A DNA stretch of 64,000 bases from Nitrosopumilus sp. Its GTDB lineage: Archaea > Thermoproteota > Nitrososphaeria > Nitrososphaerales > Nitrosopumilaceae. Below, piece after piece: positions 32,169-42,161 of this stretch (its first letter is position 1; the number at the start of each line of letters is the position of its first letter). The notes beneath the pieces are model-generated. The model was not told the DNA's origin. It ran no database searches and saw nothing but the letters and a program-made list of their open reading frames with translations. Location of the stretch: NCBI GenBank assembly GCA_963667665.2, contig OY763927.2:1440001-1504000 (forward strand). Reading direction: 5' to 3'. Made by a program: the position numbers and the translations under genes.

Positions 32169-32925
32169 ATAAAAAAGAAACTCTATTTCTAATTTTTAAT
32201 TTATCAAGATTTTTTTTAAACTTGATTGGGTTACCTGATGTGAAAATTTTTAATGAATTCCTTTTTGATTGATTATTTTTAATTACTTTGAAAACTTTTT
32301 GTGCAACAATATTTCCTGGATCTATAAATTGCACATTAGGAAATTCCTTATCTAATAATGATTTCAAAAATGGAAGATGAGTACTAGAAAGAGTAATAGT
32401 ATCAATTGAATTTTTAGAAATTACATCATTTAGAATCTTTTTAATAATTTTTTTGCAATATTGTTTGTTTGCAGTAAATTTTCCAGATTCTACAAGATCA
32501 ATAAGCTCTGAACCATTAATTTTAAAAAATTTACAAGATTTTGAAAATTTTTTTCCTTTGATGTAGTTTGATAATCCTTTACTCTTAATTGCAGATTTTG
32601 TTCCAAGTATTCCAATTCTTTTTGATTTAGAAATTTTATGAGCTTCATTTAGAGGTGGTTTTACTCCAATGATTTGGTTAGTTAGTAGATTCAACATGAG
32701 ACTAGGAGTATTTGATGCCACAACTAAAACATCAGGAGAAAATTGTGCCTGGAGTGTTTTGATTGAGTTTTTAATTATTGAGCCTAGTTGTTTCTGAGAT
32801 TTGTTACCGTAAGGAAAGTTTTGTTGATCTGCAAAATAGATAATCTCAGACTTCGATATTCTTTGAATAGCCTTGATTATTGAGAGTGAGCCTAAACCTG
32901 AATCAAAAACTACAATTTTGGCCAT
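32161..32925 (-). CDS. murI: Glutamate racemase homologue with Ser at both catalytic Cys positions
   Basis: VFDSGLGSLS, YFAD...FPYG.KS; VASNT and LSSTHLP in place of canonical ACNT and GCTHYP. Confidence 0.85.
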   Translation of the reverse strand: MAKIVVFDSGLGSLSIIKAIQRISKSEIIYFADQQNFPYGNKSQKQLGSIIKNSIKTLQAQFSPDVLVVASNTPSLMLNLLTNQIIGVKPPLNEAHKISKSKRIGILGTKSAIKSKGLSNYIKGKKFSKSCKFFKINGSELIDLVESGKFTANKQYCKKIIKKILNDVISKNSIDTITLSSTHLPFLKSLLDKEFPNVQFIDPGNIVAQKVFKVIKNNQSKRNSLKIFTSGNPIKFKKNLDKLKIRNRVSFLSI

Positions 32926-33030
32926 AAATTTTAGGCATAAATCAATCATAATAGTTTGTTAGCTAAATTTAATCCAAAGTCGATCTAAATGCACACAGTC
33001 CATTAAGACTAAATTTCTAAACGACCAATC

Positions 33031-33684
33031 ATGCCAAACTTCGATAAGACTTGGGCTCGACAAGAGACCCAAAGTGTAACTGGCAAACTCCGTGAAGCAG
33101 TAAAACCTCAAGGTGCATTAAAACCACGAATCCAGACTGCAGTAAACAAACTACAAGTTCAAATCTCAAAAATGGACTCTATGTTAACAAAACTGCATGA
33201 AAGAGATGCGCAACTCTTTCAGAGAGTCGTGACTGCAATGCAGCAACATGATACTAGCACAAGTAGAGTTTTGTCCAACGAATTAGCTGAAATTCGTAAA
33301 GTTACGAAGATGCTTGGCAACGCAAGAATGTCATTAGAACAAGTCCAACTAAGACTGACAACTATTCATGATCTTGGTGATGCTATGGTAGCAATTGGAC
33401 CAGCAATGTCTACAATGAAGGGATTGAAGTCATCGCTAGGAAGATTCATGCCAGAAGCAGACGCAGAATTGAATGCAATGTCACAGACACTTAATGGACT
33501 TATGATGGATTCACTTGCAGGAGACTCGTTTAGTATGGAGTCTGATGCTTCAAGTGAAGAAACAGAAAAGATTCTACAAGAAGCATCTGCAGTAGCTGAG
33601 CAACAGATAGGAGAGAAATTCCCATCTGTACCATTCCAAACTGGACTTTCGTCTCAAACCTCTACTACTTCTACCTTTGAGTAG
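33031..33684 (+). CDS. cdvB: ESCRT-III/Snf7 family cell-division protein (CdvB paralogue)
   Basis: Helical Snf7 core: ELAEIRKV.KM, LEQVQLRL.T..DLGD, EKILQEASAVAE. Confidence 0.9.
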   Translation: MPNFDKTWARQETQSVTGKLREAVKPQGALKPRIQTAVNKLQVQISKMDSMLTKLHERDAQLFQRVVTAMQQHDTSTSRVLSNELAEIRKVTKMLGNARMSLEQVQLRLTTIHDLGDAMVAIGPAMSTMKGLKSSLGRFMPEADAELNAMSQTLNGLMMDSLAGDSFSMESDASSEETEKILQEASAVAEQQIGEKFPSVPFQTGLSSQTSTTSTFE

Positions 33685-33752
33685 ATTGGAAAGGACGAAC
33701 GTTCATTCTTTTTATTTTAATTTTTAAAATTATTCTATATTTGAACTAAGTA

Positions 33753-36243
33753 TTATGTAGATACAGAAATTTCTCCATTTAATTCACCTTTAAAATGTTT
33801 CATGCCACCTTTTATTGTTACATCTCCAGAACCAGTTGCATCTTCATACTTATCGGTTCCACCAGTTATTACAAATGTACCAGTGTATATTGGGAATTTT
33901 CCACATTTTTGTAAATCAAAATTAGCATTTACATTTCCATCACGGAATTTTATAGTACCAGAAGCTGAGATTTGTTTGCATTCATCAACGGTTTCTATAG
34001 AAAATACGCCAGATGTTTTTATTATATTATATTTATCATCGTCTATCATATATTTTCCAGTTGTCTTCTATGTTCCATTATTTTTCTGTTCACCAATGAA
34101 ACTTCCACTGAATGTTTCTGTTTCAGGTTCTGTTTCAGGTTCTGTTTCAGGTTCTGTTTCAGGTTCTGTTTCTTCATTATCTAAAATAGTTGATGGTACA
34201 CACAACGTTTTTGGCTTTTTAGCTTGTAATTCTTCAGGTCCAAATTGATTATTGGTAAATACATTTATTTTTTTGAATTTTGGTTCTCCTTTAATCTTCT
34301 TTAGATCATAACACATTACATAGTTCTCATCATTTACTATCCCTTCATCATTTTTGTCAACTGGTGAACATAACATTTTTTGTTTTTTGACTTCCATGGT
34401 TAGGCTTCCAAACTGATCTACTAAATCAACATTTCTTTTCTCAAACTTTGGTGTATGTTTGGAAACTTTGGCATCATAACATTTGAAATGATTAATTTCA
34501 ATAGGATCTAATGGGTCAGGCACTGCAAAATGATCTTTGGAAGAGGGAACTAGTAGCACCTTTACTTTTTTAATATCTACAGTAAGTTCTCCAAACTGAT
34601 TTGTGACTAAAATATTCTTAATTCCTTTAAACTTTGGTTCTCCATGTGATTTTTTAATATCATATGAAACTAGATGAGAGATATTATTTGCTATTGGTTC
34701 TCCATTTTTAGCTACTGGATTGTAAAGCTTTTTTAGTTTTTTAACATCATATTCTACTTTTCCTGCAAATTCATCAACTAAAGTAACTTGAAGTTTTTTA
34801 TATTTGTCGTCATGTTTGTCGTCATGATCATCATGATGTTTTACCTTAGTATTATATCCCAAATAATGATCTACTGGGAATTCAGCAATCACTGTAACAA
34901 AAGATATTGTTGTGGAATCTGCTTGAATAAACCAATACCAAAAATTATCAAATACTGCTTGTCTTGAGAGAACACCATTTTGAAGTGTAGCACCTTCCAG
35001 TCCAGGTAAAGAATCAAAATTGAAAGTTTGTCCTTTGTCTTGTGAGTGTGACAAGAATTTTTGGTTAGGACACTGAATCTTCCCAAATAGAGTAAAGGTT
35101 ATCACCTGTTCCTATATTTTCAGAGAAAGAATTAGAAGAAATTGGTATGACACTTCCAAATATGGTATAATTAAGAGAATATGTTTGTCCAAAGTCATTA
35201 GAAAATTTTACATGTCTTTCTGAATCATTAAGTCCCAAACACATGAAAACAGCATCATCACCTAAATTATCAATATCATATGGATCATCACATTCTGAAC
35301 CGTCATCTAAAACAGATGGACTACCAAAAGTGTTTCCACCGTCTGTACTAACTGCCTGTACTGACTCTTGTGTGTCTCCTATCCAGCTAATTAGCACTTT
35401 ACTTGCATTGTCATTTACTACCATTTGTAGGTCATCTTCACTAATTGAAGAAGTACTAATTTGAGTTGGAACACTCCAATTTACACCATTATCATTACTG
35501 TTTGAAAAATAAACATGTGTTTCACTGTTTGAACCAATCCAACTTGCATACATGTTCATTCCATTAACTACTATCAAGCCTTGAGTTTGATCAGAAACTC
35601 CATCATCATCAAAATTTTGAAGAATAATTTCAGTCCATGATGTACCGAAATCATTACTTACTAGCACAGCTTGGAATTCCAGAGCGCCTCCATCTGAGAA
35701 GGTAGATGCTATATTTTGACCATCACCACTCCATATTATTTCAGAAGCACTTAATCCAGATTCAAAGACTTCTTCAAACACTGTAAAATTTAAACCGTTA
35801 TCTGTGCTTACTGCAAAGTAAAGAACGATACCCTCTGGCTCTTCCCAACTTACACCAATATCACCATTATCATTTATGAATATACGTTGTGAAACTATTT
35901 GAGTAAAAGTAGAATCTAACCCACCACCCAAGAGAGCTGGTGTACTCCAAGTAACACCACCATCAACAGAACGTGTGAATTTTATATTGTCACTAATATC
36001 TTCATCCCAATAAAGAAGATATATTCCATTTTCAGTTGCTTTTACATCTATAATTCCAATATCACCAAAAGTACTTTCAGTTAGAATCTCTTGTAGTGGA
36101 AAAACTTCAATGCCATAAGCAGTTTGTGCATCTGAAATCATAGTAAATGAAATTGCAAATAATGACAATGCCATTAAAGTGAATAAAGATCGAGTCTTCA
36201 GAGACACGATATTTAGATCCTTTATTCTCTGATTAATCAACAT
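33753..36243 (-). pseudogene. Secreted BNR/Asp-box repeat protein split into three ORFs by a frameshift (~35067) and an in-frame TAG (34068-34070)
   Basis: Signal peptide; SxDxGxT(W/F) boxes continue across the frameshift (SQDKGQTF); NGT*KTTGKYMIDDD is in frame with ORF 33753-34049. Confidence 0.75.
34116..34172. repeat. 12-bp tandem repeat TTCTGTTTCAGG x4 plus partial (ETEP linker)
   Basis: Read directly. Confidence 0.9.
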
Positions 36244-36425
36244 GATAACCCTATCCTAACCATTTGCATATTATTTCTCAGTAATGTAGAATATTTAGTC
36301 TTAGTTTAGTAATTGAAATTAAATACAATAATTGAAAGTCCCATTTGTGGGAATAGTAAAATTAAATTTTAATCACATGCACAAAAAAAATTCGTAAGAG
36401 ATCATATTATAAATAAAGATCTAAT

Positions 36426-37592
36426 TTAGCTCCAAAGTTTTTCTTTGAAAGTTAGTTTTTTGTTTAAGATAAAGTTACCAAGTGCTGCAGTTGTAATAGC
36501 TAAAACTAAAGCAAGTGGATATACAATATCATGAGAATCTACTAACCAGAATACCATTCCTAATTGTATTATTGCACCTAATGAGCTAAAAATACAGAAT
36601 TTTCCATATTGAGATAGCGTTTTCTTTCGTGAAAAGTCTCTATCTTCAAATGTCCAGACTTTGTTTAAAATGAAATTAGTAGAAATAGATGCAATTATTC
36701 CAAAGATGTTTGCATGAACATACCAAAAGTCAGTTAGTCCAGATGTAAAAAGCATTGAGATAACATAATTTACAGCTAAACCAGAGGCCCCAACTGTAAA
36801 GAATCTTGCTGCTTTTGAAAGAAATCGAACTGAATTGCGTTTCTCATTTGTTATTTTTATTTTGTCATTTTTGTAAAGTTTCCATACGGATTTAAAATAA
36901 TCAATAATAGTTGAAATATCTAATTTACTTGAACCAAATTTCCTATTTTCAAAAGTATATGGAATTTCTTTTATGTTTATCCCTTTAGTTTTTACAAGAA
37001 GTTCTAAAAGAAATTTGTAACCCAGTGCATCAAAATTTAATTCTTTGATAATATTTTTTTTAAAAGCAAAGAACCCAGACATTGGATCTTTTGTTTTAAT
37101 ACCCAATCCTTTTTTTGCAATCATAGTTGCAAATTTACTCATTAGTTTTCTCTTAGTTGTCCAACCTTGAATATTTCCTCCTGTAATGTATCGTGAAGCC
37201 ACAACAACATCACATTGATATTGTTTTAGGGTTTCAATCATCTTTGGGATAATTTGTGGAGGATGTGAAAAATCTGAGTCCATTACAACAATTGTTTCTC
37301 CTTTTGCATTTTGAATTCCATTTAGAATTGCAGAAGAGAGTCCATTTTTTGCTTTTCTATGAATTACATCAATAGTATTTTCTGCAATTTTTTTAATGCT
37401 ACAAATATAATCTTCTACAATTTTGCCAGTTCCATCAGGAGAATTATCATCAATTACAATTGTTTCAGTATAAATTCCCTTAGGAATATTAGCACGAATT
37501 GATTTGAGAATACCAACTATATTTTGAGACTCGTTATATGTAGGAATAATAATTGAGATTTGTGGATTCTTCTGAGCCATACATTGCTTCAT
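36426..37592 (-). CDS. GT2 polyprenol-phosphate glycosyltransferase (DPM1-like) fused to GtrA domain
   Basis: IIPTYNE, DDNSPDGT, MDSDFSHPP, DPMSGF; C-terminal four-TM GtrA (RFFTVGASG, NFILNKVWTF). Confidence 0.9.
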   Translation of the reverse strand: MKQCMAQKNPQISIIIPTYNESQNIVGILKSIRANIPKGIYTETIVIDDNSPDGTGKIVEDYICSIKKIAENTIDVIHRKAKNGLSSAILNGIQNAKGETIVVMDSDFSHPPQIIPKMIETLKQYQCDVVVASRYITGGNIQGWTTKRKLMSKFATMIAKKGLGIKTKDPMSGFFAFKKNIIKELNFDALGYKFLLELLVKTKGINIKEIPYTFENRKFGSSKLDISTIIDYFKSVWKLYKNDKIKITNEKRNSVRFLSKAARFFTVGASGLAVNYVISMLFTSGLTDFWYVHANIFGIIASISTNFILNKVWTFEDRDFSRKKTLSQYGKFCIFSSLGAIIQLGMVFWLVDSHDIVYPLALVLAITTAALGNFILNKKLTFKEKLWS

Positions 37593-37693
37593 CCCTACCC
37601 TAAAGCAAATGAATATTAATTTATAACAAATTTTATGCCTGAATAATCTTGTTCACAAAATTTTTCTAAGAATTTTATCCAACATCTGATCTA

Positions 37694-38485
37694 TCACCAT
37701 CGAAAAATTCCAATTCTTACCTTAGATTGTACTATAATGATTGTGAAGATTAGGATTGTAAATACTAGAATTGGTAAACTCAATTCAGGAAGCGACTTGT
37801 CAGGAGACACAATATCTCCCCATTCAGATGGGGGTGGGATATTAAAAGAATTATCTCTTGAATTTTCAGGCTATGAATAAAATTTATCTAAACTTGCATC
37901 ATAAACTGAAAGATAAAATCCATAATTATCTGAACGTTCTAACAATTCAATTGGTATTTTAAATTCATAACTTGGATGTGGAGTTTCAGTATAACGATCA
38001 TTTTCATCAGATACAGTACTAATTGCAATAAAATCATCAGGATTAGGAATTTTTTGCATGGATGTTGTAGATTCATCTATAGTAATTCCTTGAAAAACAG
38101 TACCTTCATTATTTTCTAATAAAATAGAAAAACAAAAATCATTTGTATCAAAAATTTCACTTTTATTGTTCTTCCCATCTAAACAAATAGTTGCTTTATC
38201 CAGTTCATCAAGTGTTAAATCATTAACAGGATCAACAAAAACATAGATGTAATCTCCAAAATGAGCTGTTCTTAGATGTATTGTTATTTCTTCATCACCA
38301 AAAGAATATAGATTATGGCTTGATTGCTTCCATTCTGAATAATTTGTCCATTTTCCATCAAAGATAACATCCTACATACTTGGTGATATAGTGATTAAGA
38401 TTGGTTCAGATGTTGCAGAAGCATTTTCAAAAGAAACAAAAATCATTAAAGAAGCAAAACAAAGGAAAAATAGTTTTAGTTTCAT
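37694..38485 (-). pseudogene. Secreted protein with PEF-CTERM-like anchor, two in-frame TAG stops (38372-38374, 37871-37873)
   Basis: One 264-codon frame: signal peptide MKLKLFFLCF..ASA, VIFDGKW...EWK, PHPSYEFKIP, tail SLPEL + TM + basic residues. Confidence 0.8.
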
Positions 38486-38571
38486 GTAGTTTTATTGTAA
38501 TTTGATCAAATATAAAAAAAATCAGCCTAAAATTTAGTCAAGTTTATAGACATGAATAAGAAAATAATTGT

Positions 38572-38994
38572 GTGAATAAAGCTGCAGGTATTGGAGCAAT
38601 AATAGCAGTAATTATTGGAATTATTATTGTATCAGCTACAATTTCTATGGATTCCTCAGTTGAGGAGGAGGATTCAGCATCAGAAGGGATTGTAATAGAA
38701 GAGGAGATTGTAATAGAAGAGTCAATTGAAGAGGAGATTGTAATAGAAGAGTCAATTGAAGAGGAGATTGTAATAGAAGAGTCAATTGAAGAGGAGATTG
38801 TAATAGAAGAGTCAATTGAAGAGGAGATTGTAATAGAAGAGTCAATTGAAGAGGAGATTGTAATAGAAGAGTCAATTGAAGAGGAGATTGTAATAGAAGA
38901 GTCAATTGAAGAGGAGATTGTAATAGAAGAGTCAATTGAAGAGGAGATTGTAATAGAAGAGTCAATTGAAGAACCAGTAGTTGAAGAAGGTTAG
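38572..38994 (+). CDS. N-terminally anchored acidic repeat protein (EEIVIEESIE)n
   Basis: N-terminal TM helix then nine identical decapeptides. Confidence 0.7.
   Translation: MNKAAGIGAIIAVIIGIIIVSATISMDSSVEEEDSASEGIVIEEEIVIEESIEEEIVIEESIEEEIVIEESIEEEIVIEESIEEEIVIEESIEEEIVIEESIEEEIVIEESIEEEIVIEESIEEEIVIEESIEEPVVEEG
38701..38970. repeat. 30-bp perfect tandem repeat x9 (GAGGAGATTGTAATAGAAGAGTCAATTGAA)
   Basis: Read directly; no spacers between copies. Confidence 0.97.
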
Positions 38995-39118
38995 CTTGGC
39001 AAAAAACCCTCAACTAATAGATCCGTTTTGGCACTTTTTAGGGTGTTTTGAGCTTTACAGTTTCTTTTAATTCAACGGTAATATCCCTCCTATAATACAG
39101 TAAATTATAGTCAGTTCA

Positions 39119-39859
39119 ATGAAAAGAATCACATCTATTGTGTTATTTGCAAGTATCTTTGCAGTTGCAGTAGGAACATTAGGTCTAAGTGGAAATACTT
39201 CTACTCTGATGATATCTGCTGTACCACAAACTCAAGAAAATGTAGGCATGTTAGGTCATGTCGAATACAAAGTTCTCAATGAGTTTGGAGACATAAAGGC
39301 ATACATGCAAAATGACAACATAGTAGTAATAGCCGGAATAGATTGTGCAGCACAACACCTCTTCTTCAATACTGGTGGTCAAACCAATGACGGAACATGT
39401 ATCGCAGATTCTGCAGCTTTTACCCATATCGGTATAGGTAACGGAACAATTTCAGGTGCAGGTACTCATCTTGGTGTAGCAAATGCAACATTAGCATCAG
39501 CAACTGATGGAGATGGAGTATGTTCAGCTTCAGGCGGTACAGGAACCTCAGGTGGTGGAGACATGGCAAAAAGAAATGTAACTGCAACTACTGATACAGG
39601 ACTAACATCAAGAATTGTAACATTAGATACATCTAGTGCACCATTTACATTTGATACATCAAATGCAACAGCAGTAATTGATTCAGCCATATTCAATGCT
39701 GACTATAATGGATCACCTACAAATGGTCAATGTCCATCAACTCAGACAGCAGGAACACATTGGAATATGTTCTCAAGACAGCTACTTAACGGTATTACAG
39801 GAATTTCCGTCAGTAACGGAGATAGTCTATCTGTAAAGTGGACAATCACAATATCATAA
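39119..39859 (+). CDS. Secreted beta-rich protein resembling phage collar/fibre structural subunits
   Basis: Signal peptide; G.V...V....G.IK....N.VV..G, F..IGIG.G, I.DSAIFNA, MFSR, GDSL.VKWTITIS; four Cys. Confidence 0.55.
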   Translation: MKRITSIVLFASIFAVAVGTLGLSGNTSTLMISAVPQTQENVGMLGHVEYKVLNEFGDIKAYMQNDNIVVIAGIDCAAQHLFFNTGGQTNDGTCIADSAAFTHIGIGNGTISGAGTHLGVANATLASATDGDGVCSASGGTGTSGGGDMAKRNVTATTDTGLTSRIVTLDTSSAPFTFDTSNATAVIDSAIFNADYNGSPTNGQCPSTQTAGTHWNMFSRQLLNGITGISVSNGDSLSVKWTITIS

Positions 39860-39904
39860 GATTGAACTTTTTTTAAAAATCAATCTTGTGTTTTTTTTAT
39901 ATTT

Positions 39905-40579
39905 TTAGAAACTATTTAGCTTGTAGTATTTACAATTTCTTTTAATTTTACATACATCACACATTGGAGATATGGGTTTGCATATATTTTGTCCATACAT
40001 TACAAATGTATCATTAATGTCAAGCCAGTATTTTTTTGGAATCTTTTTCATTAGTTCTTGTTCTGTATCTTCAGGAGTTTTAGTATCAACCAAACCCAAT
40101 CTATTAGAAATTCTATGAACATGAATGTCAACAGGAATTGCAGGTTTTTCATAAGCATATACTAATACACAGTTAGCAGTTTTTCTACCAACGCCAGGCA
40201 ATTTTACTAGAGTTTCCAAATCATCAGGCACAATTCCCTTATACTGAGAATCAATGATTTTAGCAACTTCGATGATTCTTTTGGATTTTACATGATAAAA
40301 TCCAATGGACCTTATGATTTTCTCTATATCTTTTACCTTAGCATTTCCCAAAGATTTAGCATTTTTGTATTTTGAAAATAAAACTTTGCATACTTTGGTT
40401 GTACTTTCATCTTTAGTTCTAGCAGAAAGAATGGTACCTATTAGAATACTAAATGGACCACCAGTTTCTACCTCATGAAGTTCACGTAATGCAGTCATTC
40501 TGGGTGGTTTAACTGAATTCATAGTGGACATCATCCCACGTAGAATTTTTTCCATATTCATGTAATATTTTACATGCAA
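39905..40579 (-). CDS. nth: Endonuclease III
   Basis: HhH LPGVGRKTAN, VDIHVHRI, C..ISP.C..C.....C Fe-S motif; real start probably a few codons downstream. Confidence 0.95.
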   Translation of the reverse strand: MHVKYYMNMEKILRGMMSTMNSVKPPRMTALRELHEVETGGPFSILIGTILSARTKDESTTKVCKVLFSKYKNAKSLGNAKVKDIEKIIRSIGFYHVKSKRIIEVAKIIDSQYKGIVPDDLETLVKLPGVGRKTANCVLVYAYEKPAIPVDIHVHRISNRLGLVDTKTPEDTEQELMKKIPKKYWLDINDTFVMYGQNICKPISPMCDVCKIKRNCKYYKLNSF

Positions 40580-40610
40580 GTATTATATCTGTAAATAACT
40601 AACATGTTTT

Positions 40611-41765
40611 GTGGAGTTAACTAGAGAAGAAGAATCTGCATTAAAAGGTGAACAAAGTGAAATTATGCAGATGGCATATAGAATTTTAGTTGCTACAGGT
40701 GAGGCAACTGATGCAGAAAGACTTGTTCCAATAGAATGGGCACATCTATCAGGTGTTAATTACAATACAATTGGTGATGCAGGAGAAGAATTACTCTCAA
40801 GTATTAGCAAAGATGCTAGAGTTAAAGTAAAAACAACTTTGAATCCTATGGGATTTGATATAGATAATGTTTCAAACTATAATTTAGATGAAAATTTTAT
40901 TTCAAAACAACTCTCAATTAAAAATTCGTATGAAACAATGGGTGTTACTCCATCATTTTCATGTATTCCATATGAGATATTTGATATACCAAAAGATGGA
41001 ACTCAAGTAGCCTTTGCAGAAAGTAATGCTGCAATTCATGCAAATTCTTATGATCATCTAAAAACAAACAAGGAGAGTTCTTTTAGTGCACTTGCAAGTG
41101 CAATTACTGGAAAGAGTCCATATTCTTCCTTACGAAAAGAAGATTCGCCTAATCTCACAATTAGAATGAAAGTGGATAATCCAAACGAGTTAACCTATGG
41201 AATGTTAGGATTTTTTGCAGGTAAAGTTGGAGACACTTCAGTAAACATATCAGGTCTAGGAGATATGGATAGGCGTCAATGTAAGGCCATGTGTGGAGGT
41301 ATGGGAACTTCGGGAACTTGTGCAAAATTTCTTTTTGGAGATGGGGATGCAGATTGTGAAAAAGTAGATTTTGATAAAAAAGAGATGCAAAATGTTCATG
41401 ATGAATTAAACACTGCAGAAAAAGGAGACCTGATTACTCTTGGTAGTCCCCAATTAGGATTAGAAGAGATTTCAGATCTTACTGCTAGGCTTAAAGGACG
41501 ATCATTTAAGAAGCGATGCATGATTTTTTGTCCCAGAACTGTAAAAGAGCAGGCAAGAAAGATAGGATATACAAATGAATTAGAACGTGCAGAATGTGAA
41601 ATTCTTTCAGATTGTTGTACATGTCTAACACCACTAATCAATAAAGATGAAATTGATGCAGTTACTACAAATAGCATCAAAGGTGCATTTTATCTAAAAA
41701 ATTCTAACGGTGTTGATGTAAACCTAAAACCGTTATCGCAAATAATTGAAGATGAAACAAGGTGA
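40611..41765 (+). CDS. Aconitase X large subunit (DUF521), probable phosphomevalonate dehydratase
   Basis: AHLSGVNY.TIGDAG, TTLNP.G, SCIPY, AESNA...ANS, LGSPQ, DCC; paired with a DUF126 gene. Confidence 0.88.
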   Translation: MELTREEESALKGEQSEIMQMAYRILVATGEATDAERLVPIEWAHLSGVNYNTIGDAGEELLSSISKDARVKVKTTLNPMGFDIDNVSNYNLDENFISKQLSIKNSYETMGVTPSFSCIPYEIFDIPKDGTQVAFAESNAAIHANSYDHLKTNKESSFSALASAITGKSPYSSLRKEDSPNLTIRMKVDNPNELTYGMLGFFAGKVGDTSVNISGLGDMDRRQCKAMCGGMGTSGTCAKFLFGDGDADCEKVDFDKKEMQNVHDELNTAEKGDLITLGSPQLGLEEISDLTARLKGRSFKKRCMIFCPRTVKEQARKIGYTNELERAECEILSDCCTCLTPLINKDEIDAVTTNSIKGAFYLKNSNGVDVNLKPLSQIIEDETR

Positions 41766-42154
41766 AGAAAATTCTTGTAAAAGGTAAGGTTGAGGGAATC
41801 ATACTAAAATCAGAAGCGCCAATTAATTTTTTGGGTACAGTAGATAAAAAAACAGGAATAATTAGCGATAAGAATCATGAATTATTTGAAAAATCAATTA
41901 AAAATTCAGTTTTAGTATTTCCATCAGGAGTTGGTAGTAGTGTAGGTGCATATACTATCTATTCAATCAAATCAAATAATTCAGCACCACTTGCAATGAT
42001 TTGTCAAAAAGCTGATCTTACAGTTGCCACAGGTTGTGCATTATCTAACATTCCAATGGTAATTGTTTCTGATGAAGAATTTTCATCACTTCAAAATGGA
42101 CAAAAAATTTCTTTAGATACAGAATCTGAGAATCCAATTTCTATTATTCAATAA
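41762..42154 (+). CDS. Aconitase X small (swivel) subunit, DUF126
   Basis: INFLG.VD..TG.I, VFPSGVGSSVG.Y; overlaps the large-subunit stop. Confidence 0.9.
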   Translation: MKKILVKGKVEGIILKSEAPINFLGTVDKKTGIISDKNHELFEKSIKNSVLVFPSGVGSSVGAYTIYSIKSNNSAPLAMICQKADLTVATGCALSNIPMVIVSDEEFSSLQNGQKISLDTESENPISIIQ

Positions 42155-42161
42155 TAATCAA

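Noticed and set aside
33802-34248. Plus-strand ORFs with SGSV and CFRF repeats
   Set aside because: Antisense shadows of the ETEP repeat
17886-38485. Genome-wide TAG reassignment (pyrrolysine or other)
   Set aside because: TAG terminates conserved genes at their expected ends (nop10, cdvB, sat, GPN GTPase), and the interrupted sites imply different residues
38701-38970. 30-bp repeats as a CRISPR array
   Set aside because: Copies are contiguous with no spacers, keep a reading frame, and no cas genes are present
38645-39013. Minus-strand ORF (QSPLQLTLLL)n
   Set aside because: Antisense shadow of the 30-bp array; the plus-strand frame has a TM anchor and a plausible start
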